DNA of 62,235 nt, the filler included, from Dimargaris cristalligena (taxonomy: Eukaryota), in NCBI GenBank assembly GCA_003614675.1. It is 20 parts of 20 records of this genome, joined end to end, with 100 filler letters (N's around TTAATTAATTAA, not from the genome) between each part and the next. Parts side by side here need not be neighbours in the genome. Positions count along the whole stretch, not along the records: positions 12,598 to 15,634 come from ML004047.1; positions 15,735 to 18,770 come from ML004048.1; positions 18,871 to 21,900 come from ML004049.1; positions 22,001 to 25,024 come from ML004050.1; 16 more parts are not named here. One strand, 5' to 3'. This document shows, in pieces, positions 12,501 to 23,667 of this stretch. How positions within the stretch are numbered: position 1 is the first letter of the stretch; every line of letters starts with the position of its first letter. The notes beneath the pieces were generated by a model that was given only the letters and a program-made list of their open reading frames with translations, searched no databases and was not told the DNA's origin. The position numbers were made by a program, and so were the translations under genes.

Positions 12501-13349
12501 NNNNNNNNNNNNNNNNNNNNNNNNNNNNNNNNNNNNNNNNNTTAATTAATTAANNNNNNNNNNNNNNNNNNNNNNNNNNNNNNNNNNNNNNNNNNNNAAG
12601 TGGATGAAGAGGAGTCTGAAAGGTGGAGACCTGGTGCTGGATGCTGGAGGACTCGGCGGGGGGCTTCATGGGTGGCATCGTTGTCTTCTTCTTTGGTGGG
12701 GCTTCGGTTGGGGTGGTGGCTGGTTAGGCTCTACGTACATCTCCTACAAAAGTAGTAAAGGGGTTCTGTATGGGGGCATGATCGGACATCGCTTCGGCTG
12801 AGGCTCTGCTGGGGTTGAGGGCGGGGGTGCTATTGGTGGGGCACTGCGCTGGTCTGTGGGGAGTGTGTCTGAGTACCTCGGTGGCCTCTTACTCATAGTG
12901 AGTGGAGGGTTTACCCTGGGGTGCGCCTGGTCGGTCGGGAGGAAGGAGGTGCGGGTTCCCACATCAAGGACTTCACCACACACGGTGTAGATCCCTCATT
13001 TATGGGGGGCGTGCCGTTTGGTGAGGGTGTGCTGGACGTGCTGAATGAGCCCTTCATTGAGGGGGGTGCTAGTATATGATCTTCTTGTACGCTTTTGGGG
13101 GTGTTAAGTGGAGGTGGTGCGGAGGGGTGGTGTTAGTGGAGGCTGAAGGAGTGGGGTCTTGCAGCGTTCGCCCCGTAAATCGATGGTAGTCGATTGGAGG
13201 GGTGATAAGTTGCAACTTGCAGACCCCACGGTCAGCCGCAGCGTGCCACCCCGTAGTAACACCGGAACGACTTGGGTGATTCAGGGAGACTTGGTTGGGG
13301 TGTTGCTGGATAGTGATGTTTATGATAACGGTTAGCTTGATGACTCATT

Positions 13350-15634
13350 GATGTTGCACGGTTGGTGACGCATGAGTCTATCGCTTCGCTCAACATCACC
13401 AATTGAATGGAGCCAGCTGTTGCTGTCTCGGGTGGATGACTTCTTCCTAACCCTAGTTGCATTGCTGATAGACACAGCTGGCTCACCTCTCATTATTTAA
13501 TAATCATTGCTGCAATGAGCCACCTCGTGGGTGTCTCAGGTAGCTCAACATTCATGTTGCACGGCTGACATTCACTTATGCTGGGTCGCTTTGCTTACCG
13601 ATGACCCCATGATGAGCCGACTGTGGCCGTCTCAGGTAGCCATTACAACGAGTTCCCCTCCATTGAGACAGCTGTGGCTGTCTCGGTAAACATTCAGGCT
13701 GCACCGTGAATTAGCTATGTCATGCGAGGGTCGTTCCGTTTCATTCCGTCAGCCACGCTCTAGTCTCCAGTCTCCCCTAAAGGGGCCCCCAAGGACTGGC
13801 TCCTGGCGCTAACACCTGACTCCATTGTACTGCACTTGTTTATCTTGATGGGTTCCTGACGCCCTTCGGTTGTCCCGACAATATCACCTGCGGTGAGCTA
13901 CCTATAAATTAACGCTGCATCTAATTCCTAGCACACTCCGTTTGCCACTCCCTACTATCCATATTGGCTGCACCGTACTCATGATGCACAATGCTGCTTA
14001 GAATGATCAATGAAGGGAGCCGCCTATGGCCGTCTCAGACTAATAATCGTTGAACTTGCTGAGACGGCCACAGGCGGCTCCCCTTGCTAATCCTTGAATG
14101 GTCATCACCTTCATGATCCCTGCTGCCCTGCCTAACTCTGGACATAGAATAGCCATGAAGCCAACTGTGGCTGTCTCAATATAGCCTCCTAGATAGCAGA
14201 GGACCTACTTTAAATTAGTGTTGCACGGTTTAATAACCACCTTGGTTGACAGCTGTGGCTGTCTTATAATGAAGGGTATGAATTAGCTGTTATTGGTCCT
14301 GGTTGCACCGGTAGACGTTATACCGATGTCCTTGATGGTCTATCCGGTGGTCTTAACGTCCCTGTGGATGGTATTGACGGCCCCGTTGTTGGTTTAGCAG
14401 GTTCCCTGATGTTGATCGAGTGGGTGAACCTTGGTTTACTTGGTGATCGGGCTGATCTATCTGTTGATCCGTAGGTCCTTAATGGCAATCAAGTTGGTGG
14501 TCTTGCGTCCTGTTGATCGAGACGTTGATGATATCGCCCTTACTGTTGGTCGTAGTATATTTCAGATCCTTGCTGCATCGTGAGACAGCCACAGCTGGCT
14601 CCTTGGTGATCATTTAAATCAGTGTTGCAGGTTGAACGTACACGAGTCGCTTCGCTTATCACTTGATCCTGCATGGAGCCGTCTGTGGCCGTCTCGGGCT
14701 GATTCATAATCCTGGTTGAACTGCTATCCTCACTTGGTGAGACAGCCACAGCTGGCTCCTCGTTGCAGAACACTTACAGATCATCGCTGCACGGTTAACA
14801 CGAACTCTAGGTCGCTTCACTTATTGAATTCGAGGATCCTTATTAGTCACTGCTACATTGACCCTGCTGATAACGACGTTGATGCTGCTGTTGACGAAGG
14901 TGGCTAACCGGTTGAACTCTATCGCTTCACCTATCAACACTTCCATTGAGCCATATTTAAGTCATTGTTGAACTGAAGGATCAAGCGAACCTATAGATCA
15001 TGGTTGCTCGGTTGGTAATTCGTTATGTACATGTCGCTCCGCTTATCAACTCCGATCTAAGGAGCCAGCTGTGGCTGTCTCGGATTAAACCTATAGATCA
15101 AGGTTGCACCGTTGAATAAACAAGGAGTCGCTTCGCTTAAGGTGATGAATAGATTGAGCCGCCTGTGGCCGTCTCACGTTAACATTGCTTGAGACAGCCA
15201 CAGCTGGCTCCCTTGGCTAATCACTGATGACCTTGAGGGTGATGATGCGTTACAGGTTGAACACGACCATCGCTTCAGGTGGAGTAAGTCTTGCACATGT
15301 TGACGATGAACGATGCCGCTGCGCTCACTGCTAATGATCCTAACCGAGGGGTTCCGCGTTTAGAGTAAGGGGGTTCACTAGAGTACTCCAGGCCGGACGG
15401 CCAAGTCATTTAAATTGATGCTGCACGATTGATGATACACGGGTCACTTTGTTAACTGATGATGGTGGTGACTAACTAGCTTCGCATTGATAGCAACACT
15501 CCTCATTCGCTCAACCTCGAGGCCTCGGGGCATCGCCCATTCGTACGTTAGGTTACTGGTTCCTGACGCCCTTCGGTTGTCTCCTACAGATTAGGGTTGC
15601 ACTGACTGATGCACGGGTCGCTTCGCTTATCGAC
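13350..15634. repeat. Complex array of a 20-bp palindromic motif (~15 copies, both orientations) interleaved with a second motif
   Basis: GAGCCAGC-TGTG-GCTGTCTC or its reverse complement at 13410, 13465, 13517, 13614, 13665, 14017, 14061, 14158, 14246, 14582, 14676, 14739, 15062, 15156 and 15191. GTTGCACGGTT..GTCGCTTCGCTTA occurs about 9-10 times. Confidence 0.9.
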
Positions 15635-15735
15635 NNNNNNNNNNNNNNNNNNNNNNNNNNNNNNNNNNNNNNNNNNNNTTAATTAATTAANNNNNNNNNN
15701 NNNNNNNNNNNNNNNNNNNNNNNNNNNNNNNNNNT

Positions 15736-15843
15736 GACGAACCGGCTTCGGAGGCGAAATTGCCGCCACGTCGGAAGCCCTGGGAAGCGGCAACGAATGC
15801 TGGCCCATCTGCGTCAATGAAACCATCCGGAAACTTTCCTTAA
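15736..15843 (+). CDS. 3' fragment of a probable PEX39/DUF5572-like peroxisomal import factor (KPWE motif)
   Basis: Open frame from the contig edge: DEPASEAKLPPRRKPWEAATNAGPSASMKPSGNFP*. The RRKPWE motif lies near the C-terminus. Confidence 0.45.
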   Translation, partial: DEPASEAKLPPRRKPWEAATNAGPSASMKPSGNFP

Positions 15844-16191
15844 AAGGGCACCACTATGTCGCGATGGGATTGGAACATCCACACCCCCTCTCTCATACGC
15901 TTCCGACATTTCCTATAATATCCCGAACTGCTAGATTGTTGAATACATTAAGTACCGAGTATCAATGTATAAAATTGCAGTTCTAGGCAACTCTTTCACA
16001 TACATTATTACCATTTCATATCAGTGTGACCATATATTTATTAACAGTGTTAATTTTCATGCTAGAATGATTACTAAGCCAGTATGGTCCCCGGCACTTA
16101 AGTTAAGAAGAGTAAGATTGAGAGAAATGGTAGGAGGGCAAGTAGATGTGAATAGTATACCAGTCCTCTGTAATACCGATCCAACTCAAAT

Positions 16192-17772
16192 TTATTGGCG
16201 TTTGATATATTCGATCATAGCAGGAGTCTGGGGCAAGATGAACATTTTGGTGTAATCGGCGGCGGGCATACCCTTGGCGGTCAATTTGAAATCAAAGTGA
16301 CGGACAAGGGTGGCCAGAATGGTCTTGACCTGTAGGTAGGCAAAAGGTTCACCGATGCAACGATGACGACCGGCACCGAAAGGCAAGTAAGGACTCCGGG
16401 CACTGGTGGTCCGGAGGACACCGAACCCGTAGTCGACATCATCGGCTTCAGTACCAATGGAAGCGGCACTTTCCTTTTTGGCGTCCTCGAACCACCGGGC
16501 GGGGTTGAACCGCAGGGGATCGCGGTAGATTTTAGGGTCGGTTTGGGTAATGGCGGGGGAAGCCATGATGAAGTCACCCACGGGAATGACGTAACCCGAA
16601 CCGGGGAATTCAACGGGCTTGACCACCTTGCGGATAATTTCAATGATGGGGGGACGCAGACGCAGGACTTCAGTGACGAGGTTGTCGAGAACAGGCATTT
16701 GCTTGATGGCGTCGAAAGTCAAGGGAGCGTCCAAACTGCCGAGGACCTGGATCTGTTCCTCGCGCAGTTGGTCAATCAGTTCGGGCTGTTCGGCCATATA
16801 GAGCAGGGCCCAGGCGGTGGTGGCCGAGCTGGTGTGCTGGCCCGCCATGAGCAGCGCGATCATGATACTGGCAATCTCGTAGTGGGACAGGACCTGGCCG
16901 TTCTTGTAAGTGCAGGTCATCAGGTGGTTGATGATGTCCACGCCCTGGGACGGGGTCGAACTTTCGCTGCGGTTCTTCAGGATATCCAGGTAGATGGACT
17001 TGAGGGCGATATGGGCGGCATCGCGCTTGCGGTAGCTTTCCAGGGGCAGATTTTCGAACAGGAAGTTGAGCGGGGTGAAGCCATTATCCAGGTCGTGATA
17101 CAGATCAGCGATCTTCTCGTCCAGTTGGGAGCGGATTTCTTCCCCAAAGAGCGTGCGGGAGGCGGTTAAAGTAACCAGTTCGGCGACGCTCTGGACAACA
17201 TCCACGGAACCGGATTTTTCGGCCCAGCGTTGGATATAGGTCTCGGTTTCGTCCACGATCATCGGTACGTAGGCGCGCAAGTTATCGTTGGACAGGGAGT
17301 TCTTCATGAACCGCTTCTGTTCCATCAGGATACTATTGTCGACATCGTAGACCACTCCCTTGCCGAACACGGGCACGGTAAGGTGCTTGTAGGCTTCTTC
17401 GGCGGAGACGTGGGCCAGTTTGGCGTTGAAGAAAAAGTTGTTCCCCTCGGGTCCCAGACAAGCGGTCATGCGGCGGCCAAAAACGAGGAAGGTGTAGCAG
17501 TCACCATAGCGGGCCTGGTTGTTGCGGAAAAAGGCCAGCGGATCCATGCCAAAGGTGATCATACTGCCGAAGAAGGGGAACAGGTAAGGCACCACGGGGG
17601 GAGCATGGGGATCCTTAAGCAAGCGCTGCTCGATTTGGGCCCACAGAAGGGCGGTGAAGATCAGGCCCCCGATGGCGGTCAGAATAAGGACAGGAGTGGA
17701 TGTGGTGGCCACGTAGGCTTGGTAGGCCGTATGGACCTCCCGAAGGTACGGGAGCAGAAAATCTAGAATCAT
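16192..17772 (-). CDS. ERG11: Sterol 14-alpha-demethylase CYP51 (526 aa, intronless)
   Basis: N-terminal TM anchor, AEEAYKHLTVPVFGKGVVYD, LMEQKRF, I-helix LLMAGQHTS, EVLR (ExxR) and heme motif FGAGRHRCIG. Confidence 0.98.
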   Translation of the reverse strand: MILDFLLPYLREVHTAYQAYVATTSTPVLILTAIGGLIFTALLWAQIEQRLLKDPHAPPVVPYLFPFFGSMITFGMDPLAFFRNNQARYGDCYTFLVFGRRMTACLGPEGNNFFFNAKLAHVSAEEAYKHLTVPVFGKGVVYDVDNSILMEQKRFMKNSLSNDNLRAYVPMIVDETETYIQRWAEKSGSVDVVQSVAELVTLTASRTLFGEEIRSQLDEKIADLYHDLDNGFTPLNFLFENLPLESYRKRDAAHIALKSIYLDILKNRSESSTPSQGVDIINHLMTCTYKNGQVLSHYEIASIMIALLMAGQHTSSATTAWALLYMAEQPELIDQLREEQIQVLGSLDAPLTFDAIKQMPVLDNLVTEVLRLRPPIIEIIRKVVKPVEFPGSGYVIPVGDFIMASPAITQTDPKIYRDPLRFNPARWFEDAKKESAASIGTEADDVDYGFGVLRTTSARSPYLPFGAGRHRCIGEPFAYLQVKTILATLVRHFDFKLTAKGMPAADYTKMFILPQTPAMIEYIKRQ

Positions 17773-18870
17773 ATTAGACTAAGTATGTATTAAATTAGGA
17801 TGAGGGGCTTGAGAAAGAGCTAGATGGATGGACAAAGGGCTAAAGAAGAAATGGTAAAAAGGACACGGCAGTCCAAAAGGCAGGAGAAAGAAGAGAGTGG
17901 TTTAGAGAGAAGAGGGGGCCAGTCAGGTCTTAATGATACTGGAAAAAAAGCAACACCGGAAGGAAAACCTGAGGGACTCGGTTGGTTGTATATGCGCACA
18001 CACATCGAACGGGAGAGGTCGCTGTGGCTGGAAATATATATATATAGAGGGGAGAACCTGAGGTTGGGTAATAATTAATGGTGAGCGCATACAGAGAGAG
18101 ATTGGAATTAGTGCAGAATCAGACCACCCTCGCTATCCTTGATTATGGCGCTACTTCGCCAGTTACCATAAAAGGCAATCGGGGGGGAAAGCACTACCGA
18201 GATATATTCTCTGGGCTGAGTGTGAAGATTCAAGAAACATACTAGGCCTGTCCATTTCACGTGCCAGTTCAGACCCTTTCACTGTGTACACCCCGGCCGA
18301 CGGATACTCGCGGGACCGGATCACCTCCGGGGAAGGATCCCCCCTTATTCCAATTAATCTACGGTAGTAGTCGGTCAGTCGCGGACTTTTAGGCATTATA
18401 TAGACGAGAGACATCGAATGCAAGATATGGCGCGACTAGTTAGAGTCAGTCAGTCAGCCGTTTAGAATAGCCATGCTATTATCAGAGCATATGGCAGAAA
18501 TTCATCCAGGCTGTATAACGAAACATCCATTTGACGAGGTAAATATTACTGGCCAAAAGTTATTCTCCCACATATTCTCCCATACATATATTGTGTAAAA
18601 TCTTATACAGTTGGGTTGAAGTTCACCCATATCCATACATAGGTTAGGGGCAAGTGGATGCCATTGGACCAGAAGTTCGAGAGGCGGCCCTATCCTTCCG
18701 AAGGTCACTAAATACGGGGGGCAGGCAGCAAGGAGATGGCGTGTGTGATTCACTCACTACAACCATTACTNNNNNNNNNNNNNNNNNNNNNNNNNNNNNN
18801 NNNNNNNNNNNNNNTTAATTAATTAANNNNNNNNNNNNNNNNNNNNNNNNNNNNNNNNNNNNNNNNNNNN

Positions 18871-19324
18871 AAAAGATAGATGAATAATAGAGAAAGGGAG
18901 AGAAGGTCCCAGAATATTGGATGACTAAGCAGAGGGAAAGAGAGGGGATTTCCCAGATAATAATATTAGTTATTACAAAGGATAGGTAATACTCAGGTAA
19001 CTAATAAATTTAATGTAATATAATAAAAGGGAAAAAGGGAAAGCTATTTTTAACTGTACTTTAAATTGGGGCACAATTGAGCCAGGGGTAGTGTGAATGC
19101 AAGGGTACAGTCTGGTCAGGGGCAGGAGTGCATTATAGTCAAGGGTATAAAAATATACTAATGGAAAAAATACTTTACTAATGAAAATGGAGGAAAAATG
19201 ACTATGCTTGTCAGGGGTAGGGGTAGGGGTGGGGGCTCATTCACTCATCAGGGGTGTACTTCTGATAAGTGCAAAAAAAAATATAAAAAATCAAAGTAGG
19301 TAAAAATATGGTAAGTTCACCACA
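18871..19324 (-). repeat. LTR family B, 5' part, inserted into LTR-A
   Basis: The minus strand begins TGTGGTGAACTTACC and abuts internal LTR-A sequence. Confidence 0.8.
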
Positions 19325-19786
19325 ACCCTTCTCCTTCCAGCCCCAATCCTTTATACAAAACACTTAACTGACTGATCCAAATGACTATTCTGGTTCCCAT
19401 GAGAGTCTTCCAGATACAAAGCCATCTGGTCAGATTCTTTATCTACCTATACCTTAGTCTTAGTAGAATTTCCCTTGGGACCTCCCTCTAGAGCTGTCCC
19501 TGTGTATATATAACCAGGCCCCACTGGGACTGGTTCAAGGGCTCAGCTTATTTTTATATCCCCCAGTTTACCTCAATAAACTCTATATGCTCATTCCCCC
19601 TTGTGCTAACTAGTAAGTGTGCCTGCTACATGTCCCTGGCATTAACCTGCATCTGTCCTTTATTAGTTAGTACTACACCCCCATCCTAACACTAGTAGCC
19701 TGCTTGGCCAAGTCTAAGCCCTGCCTACTATTAGAAGCCTATCCTCAGGACTCTTGATGGACTAAGAGTGGTAAACCTGGGTAATA
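19325..19786 (+). repeat. LTR family A, 5'-truncated
   Basis: Ends GGACTAAGAGTGGTAAACCTGGGTAATA (decayed GGGTGACA). Confidence 0.85.
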
Positions 19787-22700
19787 CTGATATACTCTAT
19801 TGCTAGTTGTCAATTGATATTTAGTCTGAAAAAACATACCAATACTGTCCTGAATTGGTTAATCAATATGGAAATTAATAGAGAAGTGCACCCATCAGTC
19901 AATTAGTTCATTATGGGGATATTTGAAAATATTGAATTCAGGCAATTTCAATGGAGCAAGTAAGTCAAACAAGCTGGAATTTTGGGGGGTTCCTTTAGTA
20001 TCAAGTAAAGGATTATGTGCCCTGCTTCAAAAACCAGCTGCCAGTTACACCTCTAGTTGCCATTGCCATTTGGGTTTTTTTTTATAAATACTAGAATCCC
20101 TACGCCTAGGGAGAATACACTCAAAAAAAGACTTTAAAAGGTGTTTTTATGGGTATCACATAGTCAGTGAATTGCCTGTGTGATAATTGTATGAAATTGT
20201 TAGGATTTATATAATCTAGCAGATAATGAAGATTGATGTAGATCCAGTAAGGCAAATGGCAGTGGATGCTACTAGATGATACAATAAGAAGATGATGAAT
20301 AGATATAGTTGGGGTAACAAGTAATCATTTGAATTATATGACTAAGATGATCATGGCCATGACCAAGTTGAGGCAATACCCTTGGTGATTGAGTGACCAT
20401 GCCCTATTGACGCACCTAGGTCAAAATTGACCTTGGAACTTAAATATGGTTTGATTTTAATAACTTTGGTTGTTAAGCATGACTATCACACCAATCAAAT
20501 GGGTTGCCCTACTACATAGACACCATACACCAACCACAGTCTGCCTTAGAATATGGGTGAAATTCAGCACAGCTGTATAAGTTTTACAAGATATATGTAT
20601 GGGATAATAGGTAGGAGATTTAATTTCAACCAGTAATATTTGCCCCACCCAGTGGATTTTTTGTTATACAGCTTGGATGAACTTCCCTCATATGCTGTCC
20701 CATTCAGCAGACAGCCATGAGTATTTTATAGTGTTGATTTCGTATCCTGGTTACAGGACTGGGCTATTTTTGCCTATGGCTCCCTGTCAGTATAGGCCAC
20801 ATCCTTTGGCAAGGGAGTGGAGAGCTGAGTAAGCAGGTCCAGAAGGCCACCCCATTCCAAACTAGGGCCACTAACTTTGCCCAGGGGTACAAGTGCATTA
20901 CTTTGGCCCCCTTGGTTAATGAACTGTCAAAAGCTGGGTAACTTATACAACCATGGCCAGTAAAAGGGAGTAAAAAATAAAATGTGATGGGGGGCCATAT
21001 ATTGAGCCGCCATTTTGTATATTCAGGCTTCTTTCTTTTTAAATATATTATACTATAATTAATTAATTTGTGTCTCCTCTCTATTATACCATATACCCAT
21101 TTAGCCCCCAAGAAGTGTGCTACTCTCTACAACATATTTGATGAGTGTCTAGAGGTCCTAATGATTATGCACATTCCCAGTGTCTTGTGAGCCACGGTTT
21201 ACCAGGTGATAAAAATATGGAATATTGCTGGCTCAAAGGCACCTGAATAACACGGGGGCTGTAGCAAGATCCTCAATGATTATGACAAGCACAGATTAGT
21301 GATATAAATGCCAGCCCACCCATTCATTACCAACCAGAGCCCTGTGGCCATCATATTCCCCGGCTAGTGTATATTGGGATAGACAATTTGAAGGGCATTG
21401 AAAGAAGCCAATATGCTCCTATGAGAAGCACAACTAAGGGAAATACCTAGTTGGAATGGTGTAGTTCATCGTCTATAGCTGAAGCTCTTTCAGAAAATGC
21501 AATATCACCCATAGGTTACTAACTGCGCCAGTATAGACTACATCTTTATTGGCCAGCTGGAGTCGATTATCATGTGTTTTCATCAAATGATTGAGTCTCC
21601 CGTGGAATAGACCATGGGCCTGAGGATTGTACTTGTATCGGCTTAAGCAGCAATTAAGTAGATAGCAATGATACATTAGCGATTACAATGATTCTAACAC
21701 AAACCACATTTTTAGGATCCAATAGGCAAGGTGGTCAGATTTTACAGGGAAAATTATGTGTAGTTTCCATCTGAATCAAGTTCCAGTGCACTAGCAAATT
21801 CGTTTTAAAAAACCCATTATGTTAATAGAGGGGAAAGAAAAAAAATTCCGTAAAAATATTACTTTCCCCGAAGTAGAAAGGAAAAATTTTCTAGTGAAAA
21901 NNNNNNNNNNNNNNNNNNNNNNNNNNNNNNNNNNNNNNNNNNNNTTAATTAATTAANNNNNNNNNNNNNNNNNNNNNNNNNNNNNNNNNNNNNNNNNNNN
22001 GTGCATAATTTTGCATATATAGGAAACTTTTTCCCCTCTTTTTTTCTGTGTGTCAATTTGTTTAGGGTTAATTTTCTTCTACTTTTTTTCTTTACAATAA
22101 AACTACATTTACTATTACTTTGGATTACTTGGATTTATATACCTTTGAAAGTTGTGGTTGCCAAGGAAATGGTCCTTTTGAGCTTCCAAACTGGTATTTT
22201 TCATATTGGATTACTTTGGTTTAAAAACTTTATATGGTTGGTTTTATTATTTTTCATTTGAGTGACAAACCAGTTCGCCTGGAGAAGCCACCCTGCACTT
22301 TTGATATATTTTTGTTGTTCATTTTAGTGGCCTGACACCACCACACTATGACACCATGGCTACTTTTCCTTCGCTCTTCGATGGCCTTTTAAAATTAATT
22401 AGTTAATAGATTGGATTTTGTAGGAGAAGTTTTTATTTAATAATAAGGATAGTTTTTATGGATTTTATAATGATATAAATAGGTTTTTTCTGCTGGATTT
22501 TCTCCCCAAATTAGGGAGCAAAATAGGTGGGTTTTTATACCCGATTGCAAGACTATGATAGAATGATCACTAGGGGTGCCGAACGGTCATTGACGATGAT
22601 TTCTCCCATCTCGACCATTCTCCTTCAACACTTTATGACCTCATACTCTAGAAAACATCGCCTCCTCTCACGGTTTCAGCGATAATGGCTTTTTTCTAGA

Positions 22701-23667
22701 CCGAGTTCAATGTTGACGTCCGTTTCGGATTAAAAGAAATATATATAGTAATGATCCGGTCTTGATAAAACTGATAAAGAAATTAATAAAAATAAGCTTC
22801 CCTCAATCCTGCACTATGCAGCAGTACAGATCTACTCAGCCATGTGCTTCATATTCATTATTATCCATTGAACTATAGTAACCAATATATCCAAATCTAG
22901 TCCATCTCATTGATCACTTTCCTTAAAAAGGTCACGAGCAATTTATAGTTATTCCACTAAGACCTGCAGCCCTCTTATGCCACCATCTCATAGCGTATGT
23001 GATGTAGAAGAACATCATCAACTCAGAAGTCACTGAGTGCTTTTGGTTCACTGGCTCCATAATGGCACAATGTCAAAGCCAAGATAATACTTATCGATGG
23101 CCCAGTGGAAACTAAATCCTTCGATATTTTTGCTACGCAGCCGGATAGTAGCCTTTTAGGGAAATCGAAATAGGGAGGATCGGCTGCAGCCGCAGGGCTC
23201 TTAGTTAAAAATTTACATCTTTATGTCATAGTTGAAGGAATATCATTTGAGCAGACAAAATTAACAGTACATAATAATTGCATCGAATTGAAAGAGCTTG
23301 TATGGTTTTTAATTTAGCATTCCGACACAGGGAGGTCCCAGTCGGGATATTCAGTTAGCGCTTCACACAATCCTGTTTTAGCCGCTACAGAAGTAAAGCA
23401 ATCATCTAATCAAGATGATACTGGTTAAGTAAGTATCTGTTGAGCTATTACATTTAGTTGAGTCTGACCCATTTGGGAAATATGCACTGACAAAGTATAA
23501 AAGCGTACCACTAGTCTGTCGTTCTGATACCAGTATCTCATCTATTCATCTATTCAACAAGCATACTTTGTCTCCATCTCCACTAAGTCGCCCCACTCTT
23601 CACCCTCAATTCCACACTACTATTCCCACCCTCCTTCTACAACCCCAACTCACCCACCACCTTCACC

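Noticed and set aside
13350-15634. CRISPR array
   Set aside because: Repeats are 20 bp, occur in both orientations, and have very unequal spacing. There are no cas genes and the context is eukaryotic.
16281-17766. Long antisense and alternate-frame ORFs over ERG11 (similar ones over ARG4, the protease and the RING gene)
   Set aside because: Shadow ORFs produced by high GC3 codon bias.
20764-21111. Merlin/IS1595-like transposase suggested by KWVYGIIERR
   Set aside because: The expected upstream DE..KRKY.RGR and downstream SD.W/VNH motifs are absent.
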